From: Candidatus Firestoneibacteriota bacterium | GTDB taxonomy: Bacteria > Oederibacteriota > D2-FULL-39-29 > CAIOVX01 | Direction: 5' to 3' | Assembly (NCBI GenBank): GCA_903861835.1 | Contig: CAIOVX010000035.1 | Coordinates: 2,220-66,219, forward strand | Length of the DNA: 64,000 nt | Shown: positions 43,716 to 52,050 of the stretch, in pieces | How the letters are laid out: each line of letters opens with the position of its first letter | How positions within the stretch are numbered: the first letter of the stretch is position 1 | The notes under the pieces: generated by a model | Told to the model about the DNA's origin: nothing | What the model saw: the letters and a program-made list of their open reading frames with translations, nothing else | Databases searched by the model: none | Position numbers and translations under genes: made by a program

Positions 43716-44432
43716 ATGGACGAGAAAGCGTTTGGAAGCAAAATAAAAGCGGAACGGGAATCAAAAGGCTGGGCACTTGAAAAAATCTCCGATGAACTGC
43801 GCATACCCGTTAAATTTCTTGAGGGAATAGAGCGGAACGATTACAACGGTTTTCCGGGAATTACTTATGAAAAAGCTTTCCTCCGGACCTATTGCAAACA
43901 CCTCGGATTAAATAGCGACGATTTTATAGCGCTCTTGAAAGAATTAAAAGGTGAGAAGAACATCCCCGCAGAAAAGCTGGAACAGGAGCTCACTCCTGAG
44001 ACTACGCATCTGGCGTCCCGCAAAAAGCCTAAGTTCATAGTCCCCGACAAAGCTAAGTATGGAGCACTGGCAGTGCTTGCGCTTGTTCTATTAATCCTTT
44101 TTGTCGCAGGGATAAGGCAATGCGGCGGCGCGGCGGGCAGCGGAGCAGCAGGGACCTCGGTACCCGGCGGACCGAAACTGTTGCTTACCGCCGATGTTAC
44201 CGACGATTGCTGGTTTGAAATTGTTACTGACAATGAGCCCGCGAACAAAATGATGTTGAAGGCCGGAGATAAAAGGGAATGGCAGGCGAATAATGAGTTT
44301 GTTCTCGTCATAGGGAAGAAGGATGCTTTAAAACTTGAGTTCAACGGTAAACCGGTAGAACTCGGTTCACACGATAAATATCCGATTAAGGACCTGACTT
44401 TAAAAAGGGAGGGCGCTAAAGATGCCAAATGA
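43716..44432 (+). CDS. RodZ-like protein (HTH domain, TM segment, C-terminal DUF4115-like domain)
   Basis: It has an N-terminal XRE-type HTH (FGSKIKAERESKGWALEKISDELRIPVKFLEGIE), a single TM (YGALAVLALVLLILFVAGI), and a C-terminal beta-rich domain (CWFEIVTDNEP...KLEFNGKPVEL). ATG 43716 follows an AAGGAGAGG SD. Confidence 0.65.
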   Translation: MDEKAFGSKIKAERESKGWALEKISDELRIPVKFLEGIERNDYNGFPGITYEKAFLRTYCKHLGLNSDDFIALLKELKGEKNIPAEKLEQELTPETTHLASRKKPKFIVPDKAKYGALAVLALVLLILFVAGIRQCGGAAGSGAAGTSVPGGPKLLLTADVTDDCWFEIVTDNEPANKMMLKAGDKREWQANNEFVLVIGKKDALKLEFNGKPVELGSHDKYPIKDLTLKREGAKDAK

Positions 44433-44919
44433 ATTTTCTTATGATGTCGTGTCTTCAATAAACATGCAGGAAGCGGATAACGCGATTAACCAATCCCAAA
44501 AGGAACTCGCGAACCGTTTTGATTTCAAAGGCGCTCCGGCTGAAATAACCTTTGATAAGACAAAAAAGGAGATAGGCCTCATGGCGGCGGATGAGTTCAA
44601 GATTAAGAACCTCTGGGACATCGTAGAGTCCAAACTAATCAAAAGAGGCATCTCCGCGAAATCCATTGACGCCGGCAAAATTGAACCGTCAGGCAATATG
44701 ACGGTGAGGCAAAAAATAACTTTAAAAGAAGGAATTCCGCAGGAAAAAGCTAAAGAGATTACAAAATACATACGCGATGCCAAGTTCAAAGTTAATGCCC
44801 AGATCCAGGGGGAACAGCTTCGCATAGTCAGCAAGAGCAAGGACGACCTGCAGGCCGTCATGGCGGCCCTGCGCGCCAAGGATTTCGGATTGTCACTGCA
44901 GTTCACCAATTTCAGGTAA
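44422..44919 (+). CDS. yajQ: YajQ-family nucleotide (c-di-GMP)-binding protein
   Basis: It is 165 aa long. Motifs are FSYDVVS...[21 protein letters not shown] and [22 protein letters not shown], typical of UPF0234/YajQ. Confidence 0.85.
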   Translation: MPNEFSYDVVSSINMQEADNAINQSQKELANRFDFKGAPAEITFDKTKKEIGLMAADEFKIKNLWDIVESKLIKRGISAKSIDAGKIEPSGNMTVRQKITLKEGIPQEKAKEITKYIRDAKFKVNAQIQGEQLRIVSKSKDDLQAVMAALRAKDFGLSLQFTNFR

Positions 44920-44930
44920 AAGAGGCAGTT

Positions 44931-45974
44931 GTGGATTATAAAGACTACTACAAAATACTCGGCGTTGAAAAAAAGGCCGAGGAAAAGACAATTAAGGACG
45001 CTTACAGGAAACTTGCCAGAAAATTCCACCCGGACTTAAATCCCGGAAACAAGCGCGCCGAGGAAAAGTTCAAAGAGATCAACGAGGCCTACGAGGTCCT
45101 CTCTGACGCAGGAAAGCGCTCAAAGTATGATCAGCTCGGTTCCAACTGGGAGCAATATTCAGGGCAAAAGGGTGGGCAGCAGGGGGGGCGACCGCAATAC
45201 TCCGGAGGGAATCAGGGTGATTTTGGCGGTTTCAAATTCGATGAAGACATGTTCGGCGGAGAAGGCGCGGAAGATTTCTCTGATTTCTTTAGAACATTTT
45301 TCGGCGGCAACTTAGGGAACGCCGCCGGAAAACAACAGCCTGGCGCGCGCGGCGGCAACCCGGATGTTGAAGCCAATATTGAACTGGACCTTAAAGAGGC
45401 CTTTCTTGGCGGCGAGAAAACTTTTCAATTATCGGCAAACGATGATTGCGATTCTTGCGGCGGGAACGGCAGGCTGGCACGAAACGCGGTTTGCCCTTCG
45501 TGCGGCGGCGCAGGCCGCTTGTCCAAGAGCAAAAGACTCACCGTAAATATTCCAGCCGGCGTAAAAGACGGTTCTAAAATAAGGATAGCCGGACAGGGTA
45601 ATCCTTCCAGAAGAGGAGCCAAAGGAGATCTCTTCCTGGTCGTGAAGGTTAAGCCACACAGTTTTTTTGAAGTTAAAGAGGATAATCTACACTGCGAAAT
45701 GCCGGTCGCGCTCTACGAACTTGCTCTCGGGGCCTCAATAGATATCCCGGTATTCAAGGGTAAGGTAACAATAAAAATACCCGCAAATACACAGAACGGT
45801 TCTATTTTCCGGCTCAAAGGACAGGGACTCGCGGGAAATGGCGGGGAAAGAGGAGATCTGCTTGTAAAAGTCAAGGCAGTTATTCCTAAAGCTCTTACCT
45901 TAAAAACTAAGGCCCTCTTTGAAGAGTTGCGAAAGGAAAACAAAGACGATCCGAGAGCCCACATCAGGTTATAG
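44931..45974 (+). CDS. J-domain co-chaperone (DnaJ/CbpA family) with a reduced zinc-finger region
   Basis: The J domain reads DYYKILGV...[17 protein letters not shown]...[11 protein letters not shown]-rich linker follows. Only two CxxCxGxG motifs are present ([16 protein letters not shown]), then C-terminal beta domains. The start codon is GTG with an SD. Confidence 0.85.
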   Translation: MDYKDYYKILGVEKKAEEKTIKDAYRKLARKFHPDLNPGNKRAEEKFKEINEAYEVLSDAGKRSKYDQLGSNWEQYSGQKGGQQGGRPQYSGGNQGDFGGFKFDEDMFGGEGAEDFSDFFRTFFGGNLGNAAGKQQPGARGGNPDVEANIELDLKEAFLGGEKTFQLSANDDCDSCGGNGRLARNAVCPSCGGAGRLSKSKRLTVNIPAGVKDGSKIRIAGQGNPSRRGAKGDLFLVVKVKPHSFFEVKEDNLHCEMPVALYELALGASIDIPVFKGKVTIKIPANTQNGSIFRLKGQGLAGNGGERGDLLVKVKAVIPKALTLKTKALFEELRKENKDDPRAHIRL

Positions 45975-46054
45975 TATTAAGATTTATTTTGTGCTAACAT
46001 TGCCCTTGTAATTAACGTCATAATAGCCGGGTAATCCGGGGAAAAGGAGAACAA

Positions 46055-47773
46055 ATGGCAAAGATAAAGAAACCGAGGATTGCTTCAGATATTGATATTG
46101 CCCAGTCTATAAAGACCAAACCCATAATTGAAATCGCGGCAAAATGCGGAATCAAAAGGGATGAACTTGAACTTTACGGCGACGATAAAGCAAAAATAAA
46201 ACTTGAGCTCCTTGACCGCCTTAAAACCAAGAAACTTGGCAAATACATCGATGTAACAGCAATAACTCCGACCCCTCTCGGTGAAGGCAAGACTGTCACT
46301 ACCATCGGTCTTTCACTCGGCCTCGGCGCAATCGGCAAGAAAGTCATTACCTGCATCAGACAACCCTCTCTGGGCCCGGTGTTCGGTATAAAGGGCGGCG
46401 CGGCAGGCGGAGGCTATTCGCAGGTCCTTCCGATGGAGGATTTCAACCTGCACCTGACAGGAGATGTCCATGCAGTCACAATGGCTCACAACCTGTGCTC
46501 GGCATTCCTGGACAATCACCTGCAAAAAGGCAATAAACTTAACATTGAAATAAACAACATCCTATGGCGGAGGGTTATGGATATCTCCGACAGGTCTTTG
46601 CGCAATATAGTTGTGGGCCTCGGCGGAAAGGATGACGGCGTTTCCAGGCAGACCGGGTTTGACATCTCGGTCGCTTCCGAAGTGATGGCTATACTTGCCC
46701 TGACAACAAGCCTTAAAGATCTGCGCGCGCGCCTCGGCAGGATAGTGGTTGCATTTACAAAGGACGGCAAACCTGTAACTACCGAGGATCTCGGGGTAGC
46801 GGGTTCTATGACCGTACTTATGAAGGACGCGATAAAGCCGACGCTGCTGCAGACTACGGAACATACGGCTGCTTTCGTGCACGCCGGGCCTTTCGCCAAC
46901 ATAGCGCACGGAAATAATTCAATTATTGCGGACCAGATGGCGCTTAGGCTTGCGGATTACGTCGTCACCGAATCAGGCTTTGCCGCGGATATGGGAATGG
47001 AAAAGTTCATGAACATCAAATGCCGCTACTCCAAGCTTGTACCGAACTGCGTGGTTATGGTCTGTACCGTAAGGGCTCTTAAGATGCATTCCGGCAAGTA
47101 TAACATAGTTCCGGGAAGACCTATTCCTGACGAGCTCCTAAGAGAGAACCTGCCGGCGCTTGCCGAAGGAATCTCTAACCTTGAAAAGCAGATTGAGAAT
47201 GCGAAACTTTTCGGCGTGCCTGTTGTAGTCGCCATAAACAAGTTCAGCGACGACACTGAGAAGGAAATTGAGTTCATTAAACAGAAATCCCTGGAATTCG
47301 GCGCAGAAGCTGCATGTCTTTCGGAGGTTCACGCAAAAGGCGGTCAGGGCGGGAAGGAGCTGGCGGCGGCAGTGGTCGCAGCCTGCGAAAAGAAGAGCAA
47401 TTTCAAATTCTTGTACCCTCTTGAGGTTTCAATAAAAGAAAAAATACGCACTATTGCCACAAAAATATATGGCGCCAGGGATGTATCTTTCACCTCTGCT
47501 GCTGAAGAAAAAATCCGTCTCTACACTCAGTTGGGCTGGGATAAACTTCCGATTTGCATGGCAAAGACGCACCTTTCGCTGTCGCACGACCCGGCGCTCA
47601 AAGGCAGGCCCAAAGATTTCATTCTGCCTGTGCGTGATATAAGAGCTTCTATCGGAGCCGGCTTTCTGTATCCGCTTTGCGGCGATATGCGCACGATGCC
47701 GGGGCTTCCTTCCGTGCCGGCAGGCGTTAAGATTGACATAGATAAGAACGGCAAAGTAGTTGGTTTGTTTTAA
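46055..47773 (+). CDS. fhs: formate--tetrahydrofolate ligase
   Basis: Motifs are TPTPLGEGKTVTTIGL, GPVFGIKGGAAGGGYSQV, HAGPFANIAHGNNS and MAKTHLSLSHDP. Confidence 0.95.
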   Translation: MAKIKKPRIASDIDIAQSIKTKPIIEIAAKCGIKRDELELYGDDKAKIKLELLDRLKTKKLGKYIDVTAITPTPLGEGKTVTTIGLSLGLGAIGKKVITCIRQPSLGPVFGIKGGAAGGGYSQVLPMEDFNLHLTGDVHAVTMAHNLCSAFLDNHLQKGNKLNIEINNILWRRVMDISDRSLRNIVVGLGGKDDGVSRQTGFDISVASEVMAILALTTSLKDLRARLGRIVVAFTKDGKPVTTEDLGVAGSMTVLMKDAIKPTLLQTTEHTAAFVHAGPFANIAHGNNSIIADQMALRLADYVVTESGFAADMGMEKFMNIKCRYSKLVPNCVVMVCTVRALKMHSGKYNIVPGRPIPDELLRENLPALAEGISNLEKQIENAKLFGVPVVVAINKFSDDTEKEIEFIKQKSLEFGAEAACLSEVHAKGGQGGKELAAAVVAACEKKSNFKFLYPLEVSIKEKIRTIATKIYGARDVSFTSAAEEKIRLYTQLGWDKLPICMAKTHLSLSHDPALKGRPKDFILPVRDIRASIGAGFLYPLCGDMRTMPGLPSVPAGVKIDIDKNGKVVGLF

Positions 47774-47784
47774 GCTGTATTACT

Positions 47785-47821
47785 AAGAGCCGCTTTCTAA
47801 ACGGAAAGCGGCTCTTTTTTT
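47785..47821 (+). terminator. rho-independent terminator after fhs
   Basis: The stem is AAGAGCCGCTTTC (47785-47797) with GAAAGCGGCTCTT (47804-47816), followed by a T-run. Confidence 0.8.
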
Positions 47822-47918
47822 ATCCAAAACATTAAAACCAACAATTTAGCGTATTATATACCAAACACCTGTTCTTGAAAACTATCGAAAGTTTAAAGAT
47901 AATATCTATGGAGGCTAT

Positions 47919-48230
47919 ATGATTATAAAAGACCTGAAAGAAGGCGCGAAAATATCCATTGGCGAGACTCTTAATCTCGAGGTAGGGTTTGTCCCTTTAA
48001 AGAAGAATGAAAAGAATAAACTCGGGTTGCACCCGGACGAAGAAGAGGCCTACATAATACTTTCGGGTGAGGCCCTGCTCTTACTCGGTGAGGAAGAACG
48101 GAAAGTTAAGAAGGGTCAGCTGGTTTATGTTCCGGCTAACACACTGCATCAGTTTACTTCTCTTACTGATGATTTTGAATATGTCTATGCAGCCACTTGG
48201 CCGGAAGAACTTAAAGGCAGAAAAGCTTAA
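47919..48230 (+). CDS. cupin-domain protein
   Basis: It is 103 aa long and has a cupin-like two-motif pattern (GLHPDEEEAYIILSGEA ... VYVPANTLHQF). A GGAGG SD is present. Confidence 0.6.
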   Translation: MIIKDLKEGAKISIGETLNLEVGFVPLKKNEKNKLGLHPDEEEAYIILSGEALLLLGEEERKVKKGQLVYVPANTLHQFTSLTDDFEYVYAATWPEELKGRKA

Positions 48231-48372
48231 CCTGCAGAATTAACCGCCTTTCACGCAAGTATTTTAGCAATACCCGGCGTTGCAGAGCTTCTGTTGACTT
48301 GTGTCCGGGAAAGAGCGTAAAATTAGTTTCGGGCTGAATTACTTTTTTAGCCGTAACCCCTAAGGAGAACTT

Positions 48373-49575
48373 ATGAGTGTATTTGACCTTGATGCCGTGA
48401 AGAATGTGCTCGCTGGCAACGAGAACGCGCGTCAGATACTTATGCGCTCCGAAAAGAAAACCATACTTGATATCAATATCTGGCTCGACAGCAAAACACT
48501 CATAGTCGCTGACGCCTATGTGGTTTATCATAACACTGCGAGAGGACCGGCCAAAGGCGGTATCAGGATAGACGCGAATGTAACCCTCGAGGAAACAACG
48601 GATCTTGCCGAAAGAATGACCTTTAAGACAGCTCTGACCGGAATTCCGTTCGGCGGAGGGAAGTCCGGCATACGTTTTGACAGCCACAAACTTGATACTT
48701 ATATGAAGCGCCATCTTATACAGGAATTTGTCCATATGATGCGGGCTGACCTGGTAAGCGGAGTTTATATCCCTGCTCCGGATATGGGAACAACGCCAAA
48801 AGAGATGGCTGTTATTTACGGAGACCTGCATATTCCTGAGTGTGTGACCGGAAAACCGCTCGGTGTCGGAGGTCTCCCCGGAAGAAAAGAGGCAACAGGA
48901 AGAGGCGTGGCTTATTCCGCCGGAGCGGCAGCCTCTAAGTGCTTGAAAACTGAGATTAAAGGCCTAAGATGCGCTGTCCAGGGCTTTGGCAATGTTGGAA
49001 GTTGGACCTGTTATTTCCTTCACCAGATGGGAGCTAAAGTGACCGCTGTCTCGGATTTGGCCGGCGGAATATTCAATAAGAACGGCTTGGACATCCCTGC
49101 TCTGATGCAGCACGGCGAGAAGACCGGCGGGTTAGCAGGATTTGAAGGAGACCGCTTAACCAATGAAGAACTACTCTCGCTTGATTGCGACATCCTGCTG
49201 CCGGCCGCAAGAGAAGACGTGCTGACTGATAAGACCGCAAACGCCGTAAAGGCAAGAATGGTGGTTGAAGCGGCCAACGGCCCTACAACCAAAGCCGCAG
49301 ATGAAATATTGCGTAATAAAGATATTATCGTCATACCCGATATACTGGCGAACAGCGGCGGAGTTATCGCTTCCTATATAGAATGGAGGAGCGCTAAATC
49401 CGGAGTTTTAACTTCTTCTGAAGAAGTCTTTGATTTCATTGACACAACCATAGGGAAAAGTTTTGAGAGAATCCTGGCGCTTTCAAAAGATAGAAAAATG
49501 ACCCATAAAGACGCTGCCTTGACGCTTGCGACAGAGGAAGTAGTGGCTGCGATGGGAAGCAGGGGCTGGATTTAA
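48373..49575 (+). CDS. Glu/Leu/Phe/Val dehydrogenase family (glutamate dehydrogenase-like)
   Basis: It has the catalytic Lys region GPAKGGIRI, FGGGKSGI, and the Rossmann motif VQGFGNVGS. Confidence 0.9.
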   Translation: MSVFDLDAVKNVLAGNENARQILMRSEKKTILDINIWLDSKTLIVADAYVVYHNTARGPAKGGIRIDANVTLEETTDLAERMTFKTALTGIPFGGGKSGIRFDSHKLDTYMKRHLIQEFVHMMRADLVSGVYIPAPDMGTTPKEMAVIYGDLHIPECVTGKPLGVGGLPGRKEATGRGVAYSAGAAASKCLKTEIKGLRCAVQGFGNVGSWTCYFLHQMGAKVTAVSDLAGGIFNKNGLDIPALMQHGEKTGGLAGFEGDRLTNEELLSLDCDILLPAAREDVLTDKTANAVKARMVVEAANGPTTKAADEILRNKDIIVIPDILANSGGVIASYIEWRSAKSGVLTSSEEVFDFIDTTIGKSFERILALSKDRKMTHKDAALTLATEEVVAAMGSRGWI

Positions 49576-49580
49576 ATGCG

Positions 49581-49613
49581 ATTACTGATTGCTAATTACT
49601 GATTGCTGATTAC
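49581..49613. repeat. short tandem/dispersed repeat, (ATTACTGATTGCTR)x2 plus ATTAC, related to the tRNA-adjacent hairpin
   Basis: The sequence is ATTACTGATTGCTAATTACTGATTGCTGATTAC. It shares CTGATTGCTAATTACT with 31748-31763. It lies in the 52-nt gap between gdh and the aminotransferase gene. Confidence 0.5.
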
Positions 49614-49627
49614 ACAGGAGGAAGGAG

Positions 49628-51064
49628 ATGGCTAAGGAATTTGAGTTGAAGGTTGAGAAAATAAAGAAAGTTAAGACGAAATACAGGGAGATGAAGACAA
49701 CTACCTTCCCGGTACAGGCCTCGGTAAAGATACTGAAGAACCTGAGAAAATATGAACCCCGGTCAATGTCAGGGCAGCCGCTGGCACTTTGGGACCACGC
49801 CAAGGGCTTTAATGTTTATGACAAGTTCGGAAACAAATGGCTCGACTGGAGTTCAGGCGTGCTGGTAGCTAATGCCGGCCACTCCAATCCGGCAATAGTT
49901 AACGCTATAATCAAACAGGCAAAGCACGGATTGCTCCACAATTACTGCTTTCCTTCAGAAATGAGGGAAAAACTCACGGAAAAATTCGCGAAGATTGCGC
50001 CTAAGCCGCTGAAGAAAGTCTTCCTGCTTACAACCGGTTCTGAAACAAACGAGGTAGCTTTCAAACTCTGCCGCACCTGGGGGCATAAGAAGCACGGCCC
50101 GAAGAAGATCGCAATGGTATCTTTCACCGGAGCTTTCCACGGAAGAACGCTTGCGTCTCAGTTGCTTGGCGGCAGCCCTGCGCTTAAAGAATGGATAGTC
50201 AACAAGGATAAAGATATCTGTCAGGCGCCGTTCCCTAACTGCTTTCGCTGCCCGTGGGGCAAGAAGGATTACGAAGGCTGCGATGATTTCTGTTTCAAGA
50301 ATTTCTCGAACTATCTGAAAAAGAATCTCAAACTTGACGCAAAATCCAGAATCGCAGGGATAATAGTTGAAACTTATCAGGGCGGCGGCTCCACCTTCGC
50401 GCCAATAGGATTCATGAAACAGCTGCGCAAATTCTGCACACAGAACAGGATACTTCTTGTGATGGATGAAGTTCAGGCCGGCTTTGGCAGATGCGGCACA
50501 TTCTTCGGATTTGAATACTACGGCATAGTGCCGGATATTGCGGTCTTCGGCAAAGGTATCACCTCGTCGCTGCCGCTATCCGCGGTTCTTGGAAGACCTG
50601 ATGTTATGGACCTCTATGAACCAAACACTATGACCAGCACACATACCGGCAACCCTGTCTGCTGCGCAGCGGCTCTTGCGAATATTGACTATATCGTAAA
50701 GAATAAACTTGTCGCAAAATGCGCAAAATCAGGAAAGTTACTGCAGGCTGAACTTGCCAAAATCAAAGCGAGGCATTCCGACATCATCGGCGCCTTGCAC
50801 GGCACAGGACTCGTTTTCGCGTTTCACATGGTTAAACCCGGCGGCAAAGATCCGGATGCCGATATGGCGCACGAGATTGTAAAAAAGTGCCTGCAAAAGG
50901 GACTTATGATGTTCGCCCCCGTAGGCTTCGGCAGCGCTTCAGTCAAGATTGCTCCTCCGCTTATCACTCCTGAGGCCGCTCTGCTTGAAGGCGTCAAAGT
51001 ATTGGAAGAAGCGATAATAGAGGCAAAAGAAGAGGCGATGGGAAAAGGTGACTCCGATATTTAG
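49628..51064 (+). CDS. class III pyridoxal-phosphate-dependent aminotransferase
   Basis: Motifs are GHSNPAIV, TGSETNEVAFKL, the DEVQAGFGRCG motif and FGKGITSS (PLP Lys). An AGGAGG SD is present. Confidence 0.85.
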   Translation: MAKEFELKVEKIKKVKTKYREMKTTTFPVQASVKILKNLRKYEPRSMSGQPLALWDHAKGFNVYDKFGNKWLDWSSGVLVANAGHSNPAIVNAIIKQAKHGLLHNYCFPSEMREKLTEKFAKIAPKPLKKVFLLTTGSETNEVAFKLCRTWGHKKHGPKKIAMVSFTGAFHGRTLASQLLGGSPALKEWIVNKDKDICQAPFPNCFRCPWGKKDYEGCDDFCFKNFSNYLKKNLKLDAKSRIAGIIVETYQGGGSTFAPIGFMKQLRKFCTQNRILLVMDEVQAGFGRCGTFFGFEYYGIVPDIAVFGKGITSSLPLSAVLGRPDVMDLYEPNTMTSTHTGNPVCCAAALANIDYIVKNKLVAKCAKSGKLLQAELAKIKARHSDIIGALHGTGLVFAFHMVKPGGKDPDADMAHEIVKKCLQKGLMMFAPVGFGSASVKIAPPLITPEAALLEGVKVLEEAIIEAKEEAMGKGDSDI

Positions 51065-51992
51065 CAGCGGCGCAGCCGGCAATATATTCTTTTCGGTACT
51101 GGGAATACTCGTAATGGTGCTCGCGGGCTACGTAGCCGCCAAGAAAGGTTTAATTACACAGGGCGGGATAGGGGAACTGTCGAAGATAGTCTTCAACATC
51201 TCTATCCCGTCGCTGATATTTGTAAAAATGTTGACCAGTTACAAACCGGAAATGTTTTTTACCTCGTTATACCTGCCGCTCTTTGCCGTGATAAACATTC
51301 TCTTAGTTAATCATCTTCTAGCGCGCGCCGCGGCAAAGTTGCTGAAAGTTAAAGGAAGGGATAAGAATGTATTCCTTTATCTGAATACTTTTCAAAATTA
51401 CACCTATATGCCTCTTCCGCTGGTTGCTATGCTTTTTGGTCCCGACAAGATGATTTACGTAATACTGTTCGGGGTTGCCGGTGACGTGCTCAATTACACC
51501 TTAGGCATCAAACTCTTCAATGAAAAGCGGTCCTTTTTCTCCAGGAAACTCTTAAGCACACCGGCGCTTGCTGCTACGCTTTTTGGCTTCGCTTTTGTTT
51601 TCCTTAAAATACAGGTGCCGTCCGGACTGCTTAAACCTCTGGCTTTTCTCGGTGACACTACGGTGCCATTAGCAATGATAGTTACCGGAGGTGTGGTTGC
51701 GGGCATAAAACTTAAGGATGCATTTATAATGCTTACGGAGAAGAAAATTATTGCGCTGGTACTGCTAAAGCTTATAATTGCCCCTTTGATTGTTCTCCTT
51801 ATAACGATACCGTTTCACCTGAACCCGGTAATTCGCGCAATCATCGTCCTGCAGGCTTCAATGCCTTCCGCTTTTGCCGCGATAATATTCTCTAAGCAAT
51901 ACGGAAAGAATGCGGACCTGGCCGCGGCCGGCGCGCTGGTCACCACCCTGCTTTCAGCGCTGACGGTCCCGGTGATATTCTCCCTGCTGTAA
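51048..51992 (+). CDS. AEC (auxin efflux carrier) family transporter
   Basis: It has about 10 TM helices arranged as 5+5 around a central loop, which is typical of the Mem_trans family. The start codon is GTG and overlaps the upstream gene. Confidence 0.75.
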   Translation: MTPIFSSGAAGNIFFSVLGILVMVLAGYVAAKKGLITQGGIGELSKIVFNISIPSLIFVKMLTSYKPEMFFTSLYLPLFAVINILLVNHLLARAAAKLLKVKGRDKNVFLYLNTFQNYTYMPLPLVAMLFGPDKMIYVILFGVAGDVLNYTLGIKLFNEKRSFFSRKLLSTPALAATLFGFAFVFLKIQVPSGLLKPLAFLGDTTVPLAMIVTGGVVAGIKLKDAFIMLTEKKIIALVLLKLIIAPLIVLLITIPFHLNPVIRAIIVLQASMPSAFAAIIFSKQYGKNADLAAAGALVTTLLSALTVPVIFSLL

Positions 51993-52033
51993 CTGCCTGC
52001 GGTACCGATTGTCTTTCTATTTCACTCTCCATT

Positions 52034-52042
52034 TGTTATAAT
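52034..52042 (+). promoter_or_regulatory. extended -10 promoter element (TGtTATAAT) 8 nt upstream of the helicase ATG
   Basis: TGTTATAAT is at 52034-52042. No SD lies between it and ATG 52051, which suggests a leaderless or near-leaderless mRNA. Confidence 0.4.
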
Positions 52043-52050
52043 CTCGGCTC

